DNA from: Lingula anatina
Taxonomy: Eukaryota > Animalia > Brachiopoda
DNA: 64,000 bases
Assembly: GCA_051362555.1 (NCBI GenBank)
Contig: CM120640.1
Span: 35,111,967 to 35,175,966 of the forward strand
Direction: 5' to 3'
The translations under genes were made by a program, and so were the position numbers. Position 1 is the first letter of the stretch. Each line of letters begins with the position of its first letter. Positions 38,487 through 52,113 of this stretch are shown one piece after another. Under the pieces are notes generated by a model, which saw only the letters and a program-made list of their open reading frames with translations, was not told the DNA's origin and ran no database searches.

Positions 38487-41400
38487 AAGAATGCTAAATT
38501 CTGTTGAAAGAAGGGAAGCATTTTGAGTTTTATTTTTGTCAAAATGAATCATTTACAGCTTAAACTTTTTTCACAAAAATAATGAAACTAACATTTTGTG
38601 CTCTAAATTAAAATTTAACAAAAACAATTAAAATATATAATATTCTGTGCTCTAAATTAATATAAACTAAAATTTAACAAACAGAAAAAAGGCAGTATAT
38701 ATCTCTAAATAAAACAAGTCGAAGATTTTATGCATTTTGAACATTGTTACTAAAAGACGAAATTTTTGTATTTATTAGAAAAAAAGTTCAAGAACATAAC
38801 ATTTGAAAGATTTTGGCAAGAACTGATAATAGACAAATAGATTTCAAATTGGCCTTGGTAACTTTTTGTCAAAGTTGACATTAGTGCCTTGTCTTCATCG
38901 AAATTCCATCAAAAACATTTCCGTCCAAATTTAGAAGTTGTAACAATTTTTAAAATGCATATAAACTTCTGTTACAAGCGTCATTAATGCACCAACTCTC
39001 ACGAGCATGTAAACATACCTTGTCCTATGTCGACTTGTTGATGTTTGCTCACCAGATCGAACAATAGCCAAAATTCTTCATGTTTGTAAGATTCCTGGTT
39101 GTTTTGTCAATCGATTTTTAATTTTTTTTTTCACTAAATCCGAAAATAAATATCATATATGGCGTAAATGTGGATGAAAATTTACATTTGCAAAGCATAG
39201 GAATCAGGAGCGACATAAAGACATGGCCGGTTTACAAGATTATTCAAATCTTAGACAAATTCGGAATTAATATACAAACCAAACTGAAAAAGTTGCACAA
39301 AAATCAGTGCACTTGAAGTGACTTTTTACCTTCACTCTAACTCTGGTTCTCGGTGTTCAGTGACGACACTAACATCAAATAACACAACATGGGGATGCTG
39401 GACTGATATCTAACCAAGCCCGTCTTTCTCAATCACCCTTGCTCCCGAAAAAAATTAAATGTGAAAGAGTACAGAACAACTTGAATTAAAACGCCCCTCT
39501 GCACATTTTAGGCAGGTTTTTTTTTAAAATTGAAAAATTCAAACCAAACAAAGTATTTAGGTTTACATACACTTTGGTAGAATATAGAAATTACCGTTTA
39601 GAGGAAAAAATACTTTGAAGTAACATTTTAGATGATAATTCCGTAAAAAATCTTAAATAACTGACCAAACTGTAAGAATGGACTGTAATGTAACAGATGA
39701 AATAATAAATCCTATAATCCAATTATTTAAAATCTACAGAATTTGTTTTATAATTATTTATTGTTCACTATATTTTTGAGCATTGACGAAAGTTGACGGT
39801 CAAAAACTTCATTGAATTCTTTCAAAATACTCATTACTTCCCGAAAATTGGCCTTTGCGACAGCTCAATTGATTTTGAAAATATGGAATGCAAAAGGCTA
39901 TGATTAATGTCAGTCCTACAGAAACATTTTAATGGACAAACGATATCTTAATGAAGTGATTTCTTTGTATTTCTTTGTAATACAAATCCTAAACGGCATA
40001 TAAATGATCCCAATCCTGGAAACTTTTCGTTTGTAGCCAACCATAGGAACAGTTTTCTTATCATTTACGCAACAAAGCTCGCCATTCTACTACTGAATTA
40101 ATTTTCATTTCGGATAGAAATCTTTACCCCACCCCATGGTTTAACTTTGTGTCAGAAAACGGGCATTTTAATCCCCGCCCAGCACTGAAAACACCGAGAA
40201 CCAGAAGAAGTAAATTCACAGTCACAGTGTCATATTCATAATTGTTAAAAGATCGTTATTGTAGGCCTACATGTGGACAATTCTGCAGTAACGTGGGGAC
40301 ATTTTGCCCGTTTCATATTGTTGGGATTTCTTGGCGTTATACGTTTTCTAAACAGTGTCAGATTTACATCTCTTCCTCTTTTTCAACTGAACACACGATG
40401 AATAAAATTAAAAGTTTCCTATATGCAATTTGCATAAAGGGGTTGCAATGTATTTCCTTCCCAGAAGTCAATATGGTTTAAGAAAAATACATCTTCAAGT
40501 TCACAGGGAAGTGTCAAGTTGCAGATTTGCCCACACACATTTTCTGTTACAAATAAAAACATTCTTGGAAATTAATATATGATAATTTTTAAACGATCTC
40601 TTTTCATTTTATACAGACATCATTTCTGTTAAATGTGAACTTCAAATCTAACGTTTCCGGTTAAAAAAAGGATGGGTGTCAACCCCAACACAAAAGTATA
40701 CTTAAAAATTGCCCTCATAACATCTTGATTAGATAGAGTACTGTACTAAGACATAGTAACATCCATTTAGAAAAGAAGCAAACCAGCAACATGCAGGGCG
40801 AACGCTTAGCATGAATTAAATTTCTATGAGTAGTTTCATAAATAAAAAGCACATTTAATTCGACTTTTACTTTGACATACGTTTTGGAGCAGAATTTTAT
40901 AACCAAAAGCAAACATAACATTTCATACTAAATGTCGTCCCTGCATATTAACAAGCAGACAAACGTCGACATAGGAGGCAATCTTGGCAGGGGTGTGGGC
41001 TGTTTATGTCGAACACCAAACGTGCCTCTGAGTAGGACGCTTCTGGTATCTTCGTAAGCGCGACTTAGAGTGACTGGAATTAAAGGAATAAGTTAACGTT
41101 CATGAAACAATGTCTAAATATTCGATAAAGCAGTACATGTTCATTACAGTAATTCGTGTCAGTATCCTTTGCGTTATTATTAACACATTCTAAATATTAA
41201 ATATCAAACTTTAAAATTATACAAATATATACCAGTGGTATATATTCATTGAACCCTCATGGAAAACTAATGGTATCAGAAACAAAGGGTTCCCCAAAGG
41301 TACCGAGGGAAAGCTAAGAGAAAGTATCCTTCACGTCAGTTAGATGTCCCCATGGTCATTGTGCCTAGAGTGTACCATTTCGGGAAAACATCGTCAATCC

Positions 41401-43867
41401 AAAACTAAGAAATGCTACTATACATTTTCCATCATCTGCACGGAACTTACGATATACTGCTGCCGGTTTCAGTGCCATCTTTTCAGCCTACATTTGGGAA
41501 TAGGAGTAATATGGCATGGGACACCCTTCTTCGCCATCTTCTACTGACCTTGGTCTTATCTGAGCACCTCTCACCAAAACGCTCACCTGATTTACATAAT
41601 TATGAAGAGATCACCTACTTTCCGTGCGAACGCCTCGGTTTTGAATTATAGTTTGTTTTATCGGAAAGCACAATAGTACTAGTATCCTTCAAAATAAGTC
41701 ATCTTGAAAAGAGGATTAAGGTTTGATAAATCCATAATGACATACAGGCACACACAACAAAAATAAATAAGTAAATGTAAAAACGCATTTTCTCAACATA
41801 CATGACTGGGTATATAAATCACCTTTCATGGGTAGAATGAACGAACTGGGGAGGGATTGTGATAGAAAAGACAGGAATTTTCATTCAATATTATGGTACA
41901 GGGTAACCATATGGTTACTGATATTTCTTTCTTTCTTTCTTTCTTTTTTTCTACCTCTTGAAACATAGATGGGCATTTTTAGAGGAAAACGTTTTCACAC
42001 GTTTATTGAATTGTATTGTATGTTACAACCATAGGTAATTTTCCATAAGTACACTCTACAGGATTAATATTTTAACTATCTATGCACGGATAAAACACAG
42101 ATATTCAAACTGAGCAAAATAATTTTAAGAAATGCTCTATATTTGCATTATATCAAGTTTCTCTTGTTTTGAAAATTCTGAAAGAAAATGTTCGGCGCGT
42201 TGTTTTATTAAATCACTTTCAGTAACCGTTAATTGCATATAACTAAATGAGCGAAATTCATAAAGAGAATCTGCAACATGTTGTGTAAGTTATTACTCAT
42301 TTTTTAGTATTAAGGAAACAATTAGCATCCAATTCCGTAATAAGCCTCACGCTGCGTCTCCGGGAGATTGTGTACTTTAAGTATGCAGTCACGCGGTATC
42401 ATTTGATATTTCACTCCACACGCGATGAGATTTTTTTTTTTATTTTATTATTATTATTATTTTTATTTATTTATTTATTTATTTATTTTTTGCATCCAGT
42501 GCTGCGGCGGTTGGGACTCTGAGAATTACATGTCATGATCATAACGTTGACAAAGTTAAATGTAGTGTGTGTGTGTGTTTGACACAGGTATACATTCATA
42601 CCTGTATGAATCTGTTGTGCATCCAAAATTATTTCATTTTATGTGTAAATACGATGCATGTTTTATCTAAGTAAAACCAGTGTATAAAAAATAATTCATA
42701 TGAAATACATCTTTTCTTTTTTCCTTTGCTATGTACTGCTTATAAGTGACTATTTATCAGAAGCCAATGGGGGCTATCTTCTGGTCTTCCAGATGGTGGT
42801 CAGAATTTTTCAAATTTACATTGATGGGCATCTAATTTTTTCTATCAGATCAAAAATGTTCAAGATTTTGTTGATGATCTTCTTACTTTGACTGTGACAA
42901 CATCCTGTGTCTTTCTTACTAACGTGACAATAGATGTCGTGAGACTACGGTCGCCTCGAGTGGTTTAGATCATATCAAAATCTTGAAGCATGAGCATGCC
43001 CAGGCATTACTTCTGTGAAAGAAAACATCTTTAAGGGAAAAGCACTGTAATATATAAGAGAATAATTAAAAGCCCTAATAAATTGCTACCCCCCCCCCCC
43101 CCCAACGCCCACCCATCAGATGTTTGGTCCAGCATCTTTTAGGACAAGCTACCCATCGGAACCAGCAACTTACATTTGGCATTTGACTACAAGGATTACT
43201 TTCTTTTCAATATATTTGCAAATTACCAGTAGTAAGTCCAAATGTGTTTTTATACATACTAACACACACAATCACACACACACATAATTTAAATGTATGG
43301 GAGCACGTGGGGGTGGGGGCAGTGGAGGTTGGGCTAACAAATATAATTTGGCAGACAGTCAGAAAATATCCCTGGATCCACCCGTTTTGTTACCTGAAAC
43401 TTATTTAATTAGAAATGTGACTTTCTTTACCACACACTATTCTCAATAACTTATTATCCAGTCCCAAAGAAAAAAAAAACAATTGATTCAAATGCATAAT
43501 TTAATCACAGAAAAAGAAAAAAGTTACAATAATAGTTCCATGATATGATGAAAAAAGTTACAATAAATGTTCCATGATATCATGAAAAGCTGACATTTGT
43601 GTTTTTAAACACTTTCCTCTGTAAAGCTACAAAGTAATTAAATGCTAAAAATGATGAAGTCCAACTCCTTTGTCTCCACAATAAGGCATCAACACAAATA
43701 TGTGTTTGGAACTGATCAATTCTCTTTGGCTATAACCAGTACAGCTTCAATGCAGTCTAAACATATTTGCTACATCATAATTATCATGTAAAAGACATGC
43801 AATGGGCAAAGGTTCCTAGAGAACAGAATATTCAATTTCAAGTCACAAGTTGGTCCCATCTTGGTAT

Positions 43868-46800
43868 TTACTCATTGGGTATATTGGCTGCGCCACCTGT
43901 TGCTTTTGACATATCCTGTCCTTGCGATTTCAGGTAATCATTGTACTTCTTTTGCTGAGCCTCATATAATTTTGTTAGTTTCTTTAAGGCTGATTTTGTG
44001 AGTTCTTTTCCTTCTGCATCATGAGTTGGTAAACCCTGAAAAAACTAGAGGATCAGAGAGGCGATACCGCCTCCGAATATTGTACCACCAGCTGGAGCAA
44101 GCGCATTCATATAGACCCCCACATATACAAAATAAGGAACACAGCCACCAGTCTTGTGCTTGACAAGCTGTAAAAATGCAATCAACAAGAATTTTCAAAA
44201 TATGCAAAAAATATATATGTTACTAAAAATGGTACAATCAAAGTTAAGTTCATCGCAAGGTAGGTCAAAGGTCAATTCCAAGGTCACAGTAAATTGCCAG
44301 TATATGACTTCCTATTCAACTTCAATAGTAACTATGGGCCTATCTCTGCCAGGTTTGGAGTTAAAAGAGAAAGAAATTAGCAGAGTTCAGTTCATGATAA
44401 TAAGTAGGTCAAAGGTCAATTTCAAGGTCACACTTAGATTGCCAGTATATGACTTCCTATTCACGTTCAATAGTAACTATGGACCTATCTCTGCCAGTTT
44501 CGGAGATAAAGGGGAAGCAAACTATGCAAAGTTCAGTTCATGGTGAAAAGTAGGTCAAAGGTCAATTTTAAGGTCACTTTAAGATTGCCAGTATATGACT
44601 TCCTATTCAACTTCAATAGAGACTATGGACCTATCTCTGCCAGTTTTGGAGATAAAAGGGAATCAAAATTTGCAAAGTTCAGTTCATGGTGAAAAGTAGG
44701 TCAAAGGTCAATTTTAAGGTCACATGTAGATTGCCAGTATATGACTTCCTGTTCAAGTTCAATAGAGACTATGGACCTATCTCTGCCAGTTTTGGAGATA
44801 AAAGGGAAGCAAAATTTGCAAAGTTCAGTTCATGGTGAAAAGTAGGTCAAAGGTCAATTTTAAGGTCACATTTAGATTGCCAGTATATGTCTTCCTATTC
44901 AACTTCAATAGTAACTATGGACCTATCTCTGCCAGTTTTGGAGATAAAAGGGAAGCAAAATTTGCAAAGTTCAGTTCTTGGTGAAAAGAAGGTCAAAGGT
45001 CAATTTTAAGGTCACATTTGGATTGCCAGTATATGACTTCCTATTCAACTTCAATAGTAACTATGGACCTATCTCTGCCAGTTTTGGAGATAAAAGGGAA
45101 TCAAAATTTGCAAAATTCAGTTCATGGTGTAAAGTAGGTCAAAGGTCAATTTTAAGGTCACATTTAGATTGCCAGTATATGACTTCCTATTCAACTTCAA
45201 TAGTAACTATGGACCTATCTCTGCCAGTTTTGGAGATAAAAGGGAAGCAAAATTTGCAAAGTTCAGTTCATGGTGAAAAGTAGGTCAAAGGTCAATTTTA
45301 AGGTCACATTTAGATTGCCAGTATATGACTTCCTATTCAACTTCAATAGTAACTATGGACCTATCTCTGCCAGTTTTGGAGATAAAAGGGAAGCAAAATT
45401 TGCAAAGTTCAGTTCATGGTGAAAAGTAGGTCAAAGGTCAATTTTAAGGTCACATTTAGATTGCCAGTATATGACTTCCTATTCAACTTCAATAGTAACT
45501 ATGGACCTATCTCTGCAAGTTTTGGAGATAAATGGGAAGCAAAATTTGCAAAGTTCAGTTCATGGTGAAAAGTAGGTCAAAGGTCAATTTTAAGGTCACA
45601 TTTAGATTGCCAGTATATGACTTCCTATTCAAGTTCAATAGTAACTATGGACCTATCTCTGCCAGTTTTGGAGATATAAGGGACTAAATGTTATAATTTT
45701 GGAGTTACCATAATGTGCCATAAATTTCCTACAAAAAAAATTAATTAAAATAAAGAAAAGGTCATTTTGGTCAAAATTCTTGAAATGGGAGGTGCTCTGA
45801 AGTTCCAGATGTTCAAATTTGTTGAAATAATGTCATTTTTGACCACAAGTTGTCTGCTTTGCCAAGCCTTATGTTTTATTTTTCCGGAGTTCAAAATTTA
45901 TTATCCATTACCGTACTGCACATTTTGCTTTCACCACCAATATGTACTTTTTGATACAGCGTAACTCGAAAACCGTATGGAATACAAAAAAACGGAGACC
46001 ACCTCCAGTGTTGGGCTTTACATGCTCTACAAAATGCAAAAAAGAATGGGTGTCTAGCATTAACGGTTCCCGAATTAGAGACAGTTTTCAGTTTCGATAT
46101 CTTATGGCCGCTACTCCCGTGAAAATGCACCGATTGACCCCAAATTCACGGAGATGAAAGATGACCTGAAGGGTAACACTTTCCATTAATATTATTAGTT
46201 AAGTCTGTGTGGTGTCTGAATAAGACCGCAAATAATTTTTTTTTCGGCAAAAATTTTGTTTTTTTGAAAATTTTGGCCCGTTTGACCTTAAAATAAAGGT
46301 CAAAGGTCAAATCCAAGGGCATATTTGAAATCTACACATATGACTTTTGGAAAGCTGTCTGTAGAAATTTTTCCCATAATTCCTTCTGTAGGGGAGATAA
46401 TTAGCATTTAATTTTGCCATTTTTGGACAAGGGTGCATTGCAATGAGTGCCACACCTAGACCCCAATACCGACAAAGCCCAAATTTTACGTGGAACGAGT
46501 TGAGATTATAGGTGACCTAAATCCATGAGATGGGTATGGAGGCCCTTACCGTCTAGGAGGAGAAGCGGTAACGGTGACTTGGCGGCGGAGCCGCAGGAGC
46601 CGCAGGAGCCGCAGGAGCCGGCGGAACATACGGGTCGGGACTAAAACCATGTGTACCGCCAGCGCCTACGCTGGTGGTACAATTAATGGCTACTATGAAA
46701 AATGTCAGTTATGCTTGACCGTCTAAAATTAGATAGTTTTGCTTTTAGCCATCTGCTACAATACCTTGTTTGACTGTATGATGAAGAGACAATGTTGTTT

Positions 46801-47371
46801 GATACTTATTAAGTCAAAATGGTTCAAAGCTGTTTCAAGCCTGTGAGCATGAGTTGTGTTCTTTTTCACTTTTAAGCATTCAACACATGGGTGGACAGGG
46901 GCAGTCTGGGTCTTCCGGAAGACGGTCAGAATTTTCAAGTTTACAATGATGGACATCTTTTTCTTTTCTCTCAAAAGACAGTCAAAAATGGAGGATGGAT
47001 TGACAAAGATAATTTGGAAAACTGCCAGAAAATACATGTACCTCTGGATCTGCCCCTGCAACAAACAGAAGTTATGCACATTAATTTTACACTCTTTGTG
47101 CTACTAACCTTATCATCAAACCTGGAATATTTGCTCGTTTCATTGAGAAACATCTGAGAGGGTGGTAAGCGTTTCTGAGCCTCTTTCTGAGCATCTTGTA
47201 CCATCTTTGCTGCCTTTTTGGCTTCCTTCTCTTGTCTTTTCATCTCTTCCAACTGTATAATGTTAATAACAGATATATATGAATCTAAAAGGGCAGTTTT
47301 CAAAGACAGGAGATACAGGAGACACTCATTAAAGACAGACCAATGTCAAAAGGAATGTGGATTTCACCAAC

Positions 47372-47440
<69 letters not shown>

Positions 47441-50400
47441 TAATTTCATCTAGCAATGTATCCCTGACTGTCTATTGTTAAATACACTCACCTCCATGAA
47501 ACTTGGACACTTTGGGACCAGAAGTTACGTTCTCATCAGTGATGTTAATAAGTGTGTGTGTGTGCGTGTGTGTGCGTTTGTGTGTGTGTGTGTGTGTGTG
47601 TTTGTGTGTGAGAGAGAGAGAGAGAAAGAGAGGGCAAGAGACAGAGGACACAGTACACAACACATGGGAGCTCATTTTATAGATGACCATTAAAGTTTGC
47701 TCAGTTTACTTTTAATAACACAGATATGCTTACCCTCAGTTTATCTTCTCTTTCTTTTATTAAAGTATCTTTGTCAACTAGCTTGATTACAGGAGGTTGA
47801 CCTGAAGACAGAGAAAAAGTGGAAGAAATGAATTTAAAAGTAATTATACATAATATTTATGACATTGGTGAATGTGAAACAGTTTTTTTGTGTGATGATA
47901 ATGAAAAGTAAATCAATTTTAAAGAGTATAAGCTGTAGATTGATCATACTGTATGAGGTCACTCTTAATGCAATCATTTTAACAGTTAAACATGCCTCCT
48001 CTTGTTTCCAATGTACTAGTATAACCAGCAGTATTTCTGTATTCTACTCAATGCCAGGTGGAGGAGTGTTTATTAAACTGATAATATGCAGAGAAAATGC
48101 CTGCAGATTTGGATTGATCTATGTAGACTGATTGTTTTCAATGGGAATGAGCCCTAATGTGTTTTTACTACCAATGAGGCATGATGTTTTGACCATTCCT
48201 CAAAGGGCCTTGATCCTATACCTGACAAGGTTGAAATGCCATGCGTCATAGGTGTTGTTAAGTCTCTTTCAAGAAAAGTTGATTTTTTTTTTATTTGTAC
48301 CATCACATCAAATTTCCATCTAAACAATTATGCTACGAAAAGTATTCTTTATAATCCGAAAACATCAAATTTCCATATTATATTTGCCACCTTATACTGA
48401 CTCAAATGGATAGTCTTGAATCAGAATTACATATGGTGATTATGGCACGATAGATTTCGTGGTGACGGATCAATTTTTTTCGCCTGATTCATGCACAATG
48501 CGATCAAACTTATTTTTATCTACTGACTCATTCCCAATGCCACAAGTACAAACTAAAATAATAACTACAATCTGATTATACCTTCGTGGTCCTCAAGTCT
48601 CACTCCTAGATTTGGAAGATCATCATCTCGCACCTGGTCGCAAAACTTCAAAATATCTGTAACTGTAAAAAAAATAATATTTTGTTACTTGAGCATAACA
48701 TATTCCAAATACAAGGCAAAATATGTTTTACAAAATATAGCTATATCTCATACTTAAAATAATGAAAATATGAGCTTTAAATTCCTTACACACACTGAAA
48801 AATTTCTTTTTTTAAATCTAGATAACAAAAGTCATGTTTGAACTTGAATTAGTTATACCTTTTTGTTCCCTAGCAACCTTTCTGACCAATTCTCTAAAGT
48901 TGGCAAAGCAAGCTAGATATGGCATAACTGTGTCTTCAATCTGTATAAAAAAAGACAATTGATAATTTTCAGTTCTTCTGCATATCCTATGATTCATTTT
49001 AGTACTTGAAACTAAATATAAATTATTTAATAAAATAAAGACCCTAAATATATAATCCTTAACCATATATCACTGCTCCTAAATCTAACTGAAAATAATT
49101 AAATAAGATAAACCATAAAGATTTTTTTCCATAAACATATTTGAATACGTAACCCATTTTTTCATAACACACACATCATATATTAATGTAGCTTTGTAAT
49201 ACGACTTCGCTCCTGTTAGAGAATGCCTCATATGGGCTGGACTTAACACAACCTAACTTACACAACACACTTACATTGGCAGTTTGTCCAGAACCTTGTG
49301 GAAAACCTATGGTTTCTTCTCCATCAATAGCACCAAAAACCTGAATTGAGATTAGCATCAATGAGTAAATTCAAACAAATTCAGTTAAGAAATACACTTA
49401 CATTCATATGACTGAAATCGATTGACAATAATAATATCTTATTTAAGTAATTTCCAATATACAAATGATGATCGGTTGAGAGGACAATATAAGCAAATGC
49501 AGACCCAAGAAGACAATTGTTTCCAGGTACTTCATTTGACAAATTATCCCCCAAAATAAAACCACCATTTCTTGGAATAACAATAGCTTTTGCTTGTTTT
49601 CTTATTACATATAATTGACAGGTCGGTTGACAGTGATAAATAAGATGGAGGAGACATAAATGACATGTACTTCACAATGAGCATACAATTTATTTTTCTC
49701 AAAAATTAATGTTTGCCATCTAACAAAATATACATTCTTATTATCAGAAGGCACAACACACATGCAAACACACACAAAAAGTAAAAATGGCTATCACAAT
49801 GACAAAGTGACCAACATACCCTCATCATCCTTGTGACATACTTGGCTATGTTGAGGAGCAGAAGTCTATTCGGTGTGACTTTGGCGCTCCTCCTGACACT
49901 GATGTACGAGTTAGAGGCTGTGACTAGGTCGCGTATATTCTCCATAGCACTGCGTGTGTCTATGGAATCTAGAGAAAGAATTGAGCAATGAACACAATCC
50001 AAATGTGCCATTATTATTTTGTCAAGCCATTATGTTCTTGTTACATAATTTCAAATCAAATGTAATAGTAACCACAAAAGGTGTCATCATCTTTAATGCA
50101 TTGGAGCAATATTATACAAACTCGAAATTAATGCAGATATCCTTACCACAGAGAGCTTCATGAACACCTGTTCTCTTTTCCAAAAATCTGAAAAAATTAA
50201 TAATCAAATTCACGTTAATATAATCTTAAGTCCGAATGAAGGTTGTAATTAAATTTTGTATAACTGTCTATAATGTAATTCTTGACATTCAGTAATGTAA
50301 ATATATGACCCAATTATTTATTCTGGAGTCCATATTTCAAACTTTCACATGCATCACTATTTCTAGTATAATTTTACTTTTTTTAGTCTTAGAGCTATCA

Positions 50401-52078
50401 CTTTCAAACACTACAGCAAGGTACTTTCTGACACAAGGATAGACTAAATTTTTCACAAAGTATGAATTTAAAAGATTAGCATGGCATAATATATGTTCTA
50501 ACTTTAAAAAACAAGGTGACAGTGTCTGGAAAAATTGAAGATTAACAATGTACATCATTTGTGTCAGTTGCTGTCTTACAGCATTGCTACCAAAACACTT
50601 CTTTTGTGAAAATCTTTAATCCATGTTCTTGACTGAGTAATCACCAATTCAGTAACAACTCTATTACTTACTTTGTATTCAGTTGGCACTCTTCTGTATG
50701 CCATTTGTCAAATGAATCTGGACCAGACGAAGGAGTGTTCCTCAGAATATCCTTCACTGTCAGAAAAAATTCCTGGCAAAAAAAAAATCATAAAGGTATA
50801 ACAATGGGGATGAATCTTATGACACATATTCTGAATATTTGATGTTTAAACAAAAGTCTTACTTAGTGAATTAATACATTAATTCAATACAGTTCATCAT
50901 CAACACAAAATATCTTGGAGCCTGGATTTGAAACATCATTACATTGAAGATAAATTTTCTGCCAAACAGATCTATGGAAATTCTCTACATTTTCATACAG
51001 CATTAACTCGCAACATAACAATATTGGTAATTTATATATATCACAAGTTAGCTAATTAAAAGTACTACTGAAATACATTCCATAAACCTTAACCAAAGTC
51101 ACATACACAAATACTCATAAAAAGCTATAAATAATCAACATACGTTCAGATGTTTTTCATACTGCATGGCAATCTCCATAGTGTTATCACTATAATCCAG
51201 CGTGTCCTTCCAGGAATGGAGAAGAAAAGCAAGTCGCAGCTGTCTTGATGAGTTTTTCTGGAGAGCCTCTTTTATTGTGATGAAATTCTTCAGAGACTTC
51301 GACATCTTACATCCTGCTATGGTCAAGTGACCAGAGTGAAGGAAATATCTGACCCAATTGTCATTACCATAATATGCCTGGCAATATGAAAAAAGTTGAT
51401 AACATAACACAACTTTAGTTCCTTCTTTCCTATTGATTACTCTGAATTGTATGTGGTAGCTGATTATAATTTTTCAACATTGCCAGCATTACTTCTATTT
51501 ATTGCCATACCAATATGAAATTGTCATATGCTAAAAGGTGTTTTCATGATTGAAAGATTAAAATCTATTCTTTCATTTAAAACCCATCAGGAACATTAAT
51601 GTATAACTTCTCATCTAATATTGAGTCTAAGACAGCCAGGTCTTACTGTACAAGGTTAAATCACCTCTGATTGTGCCAGTTCATTGTCATGGTGTGGAAA
51701 CTTGAGATCAAAGCCACCTGTGTGAATGTCCATTGACTCGCCCATGATACAACTGGCCATTGCGGAACACTCAATGTGCCAACCTGGGCGACCCTGAGTA
51801 CAGTTATAAACAGAAAAAAAATCATGTAAGAAATGCCCAGTTGATTGTTAAAAAACTAGCCCCAATGCTTTATAAATCTTACAGCAAAAGTGTAATCAAA
51901 TCTGAAAGTAAAATGGAAAACTGAATGTATATGATTATTAAGTAGTGTGAATGTAACCTGCAAATGCAGTTTGTCCTTAAAAGTTCATGTTTGCTAGTAT
52001 ACAGTGCTGTAAAACAAATATTTAGTTATGACAGTTTTTTTCCATGAAATCATGTCAAATACAACGACAAAATCACAC

Positions 52079-52113
<35 letters not shown>

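Noticed and set aside
44154-45283. 130-aa and 101-aa ORFs, and a CRISPR-like look of the array
   Set aside because: They are read-through of the 146-bp tandem repeat. There are no unique spacers or cas genes, and the context is eukaryotic.
50870-50945. C/D snoRNA candidate on the minus strand (ATGATG...TGATGA, 9-nt match to an 18S-like sequence)
   Set aside because: No good D or D' box and the complementarity is too short.
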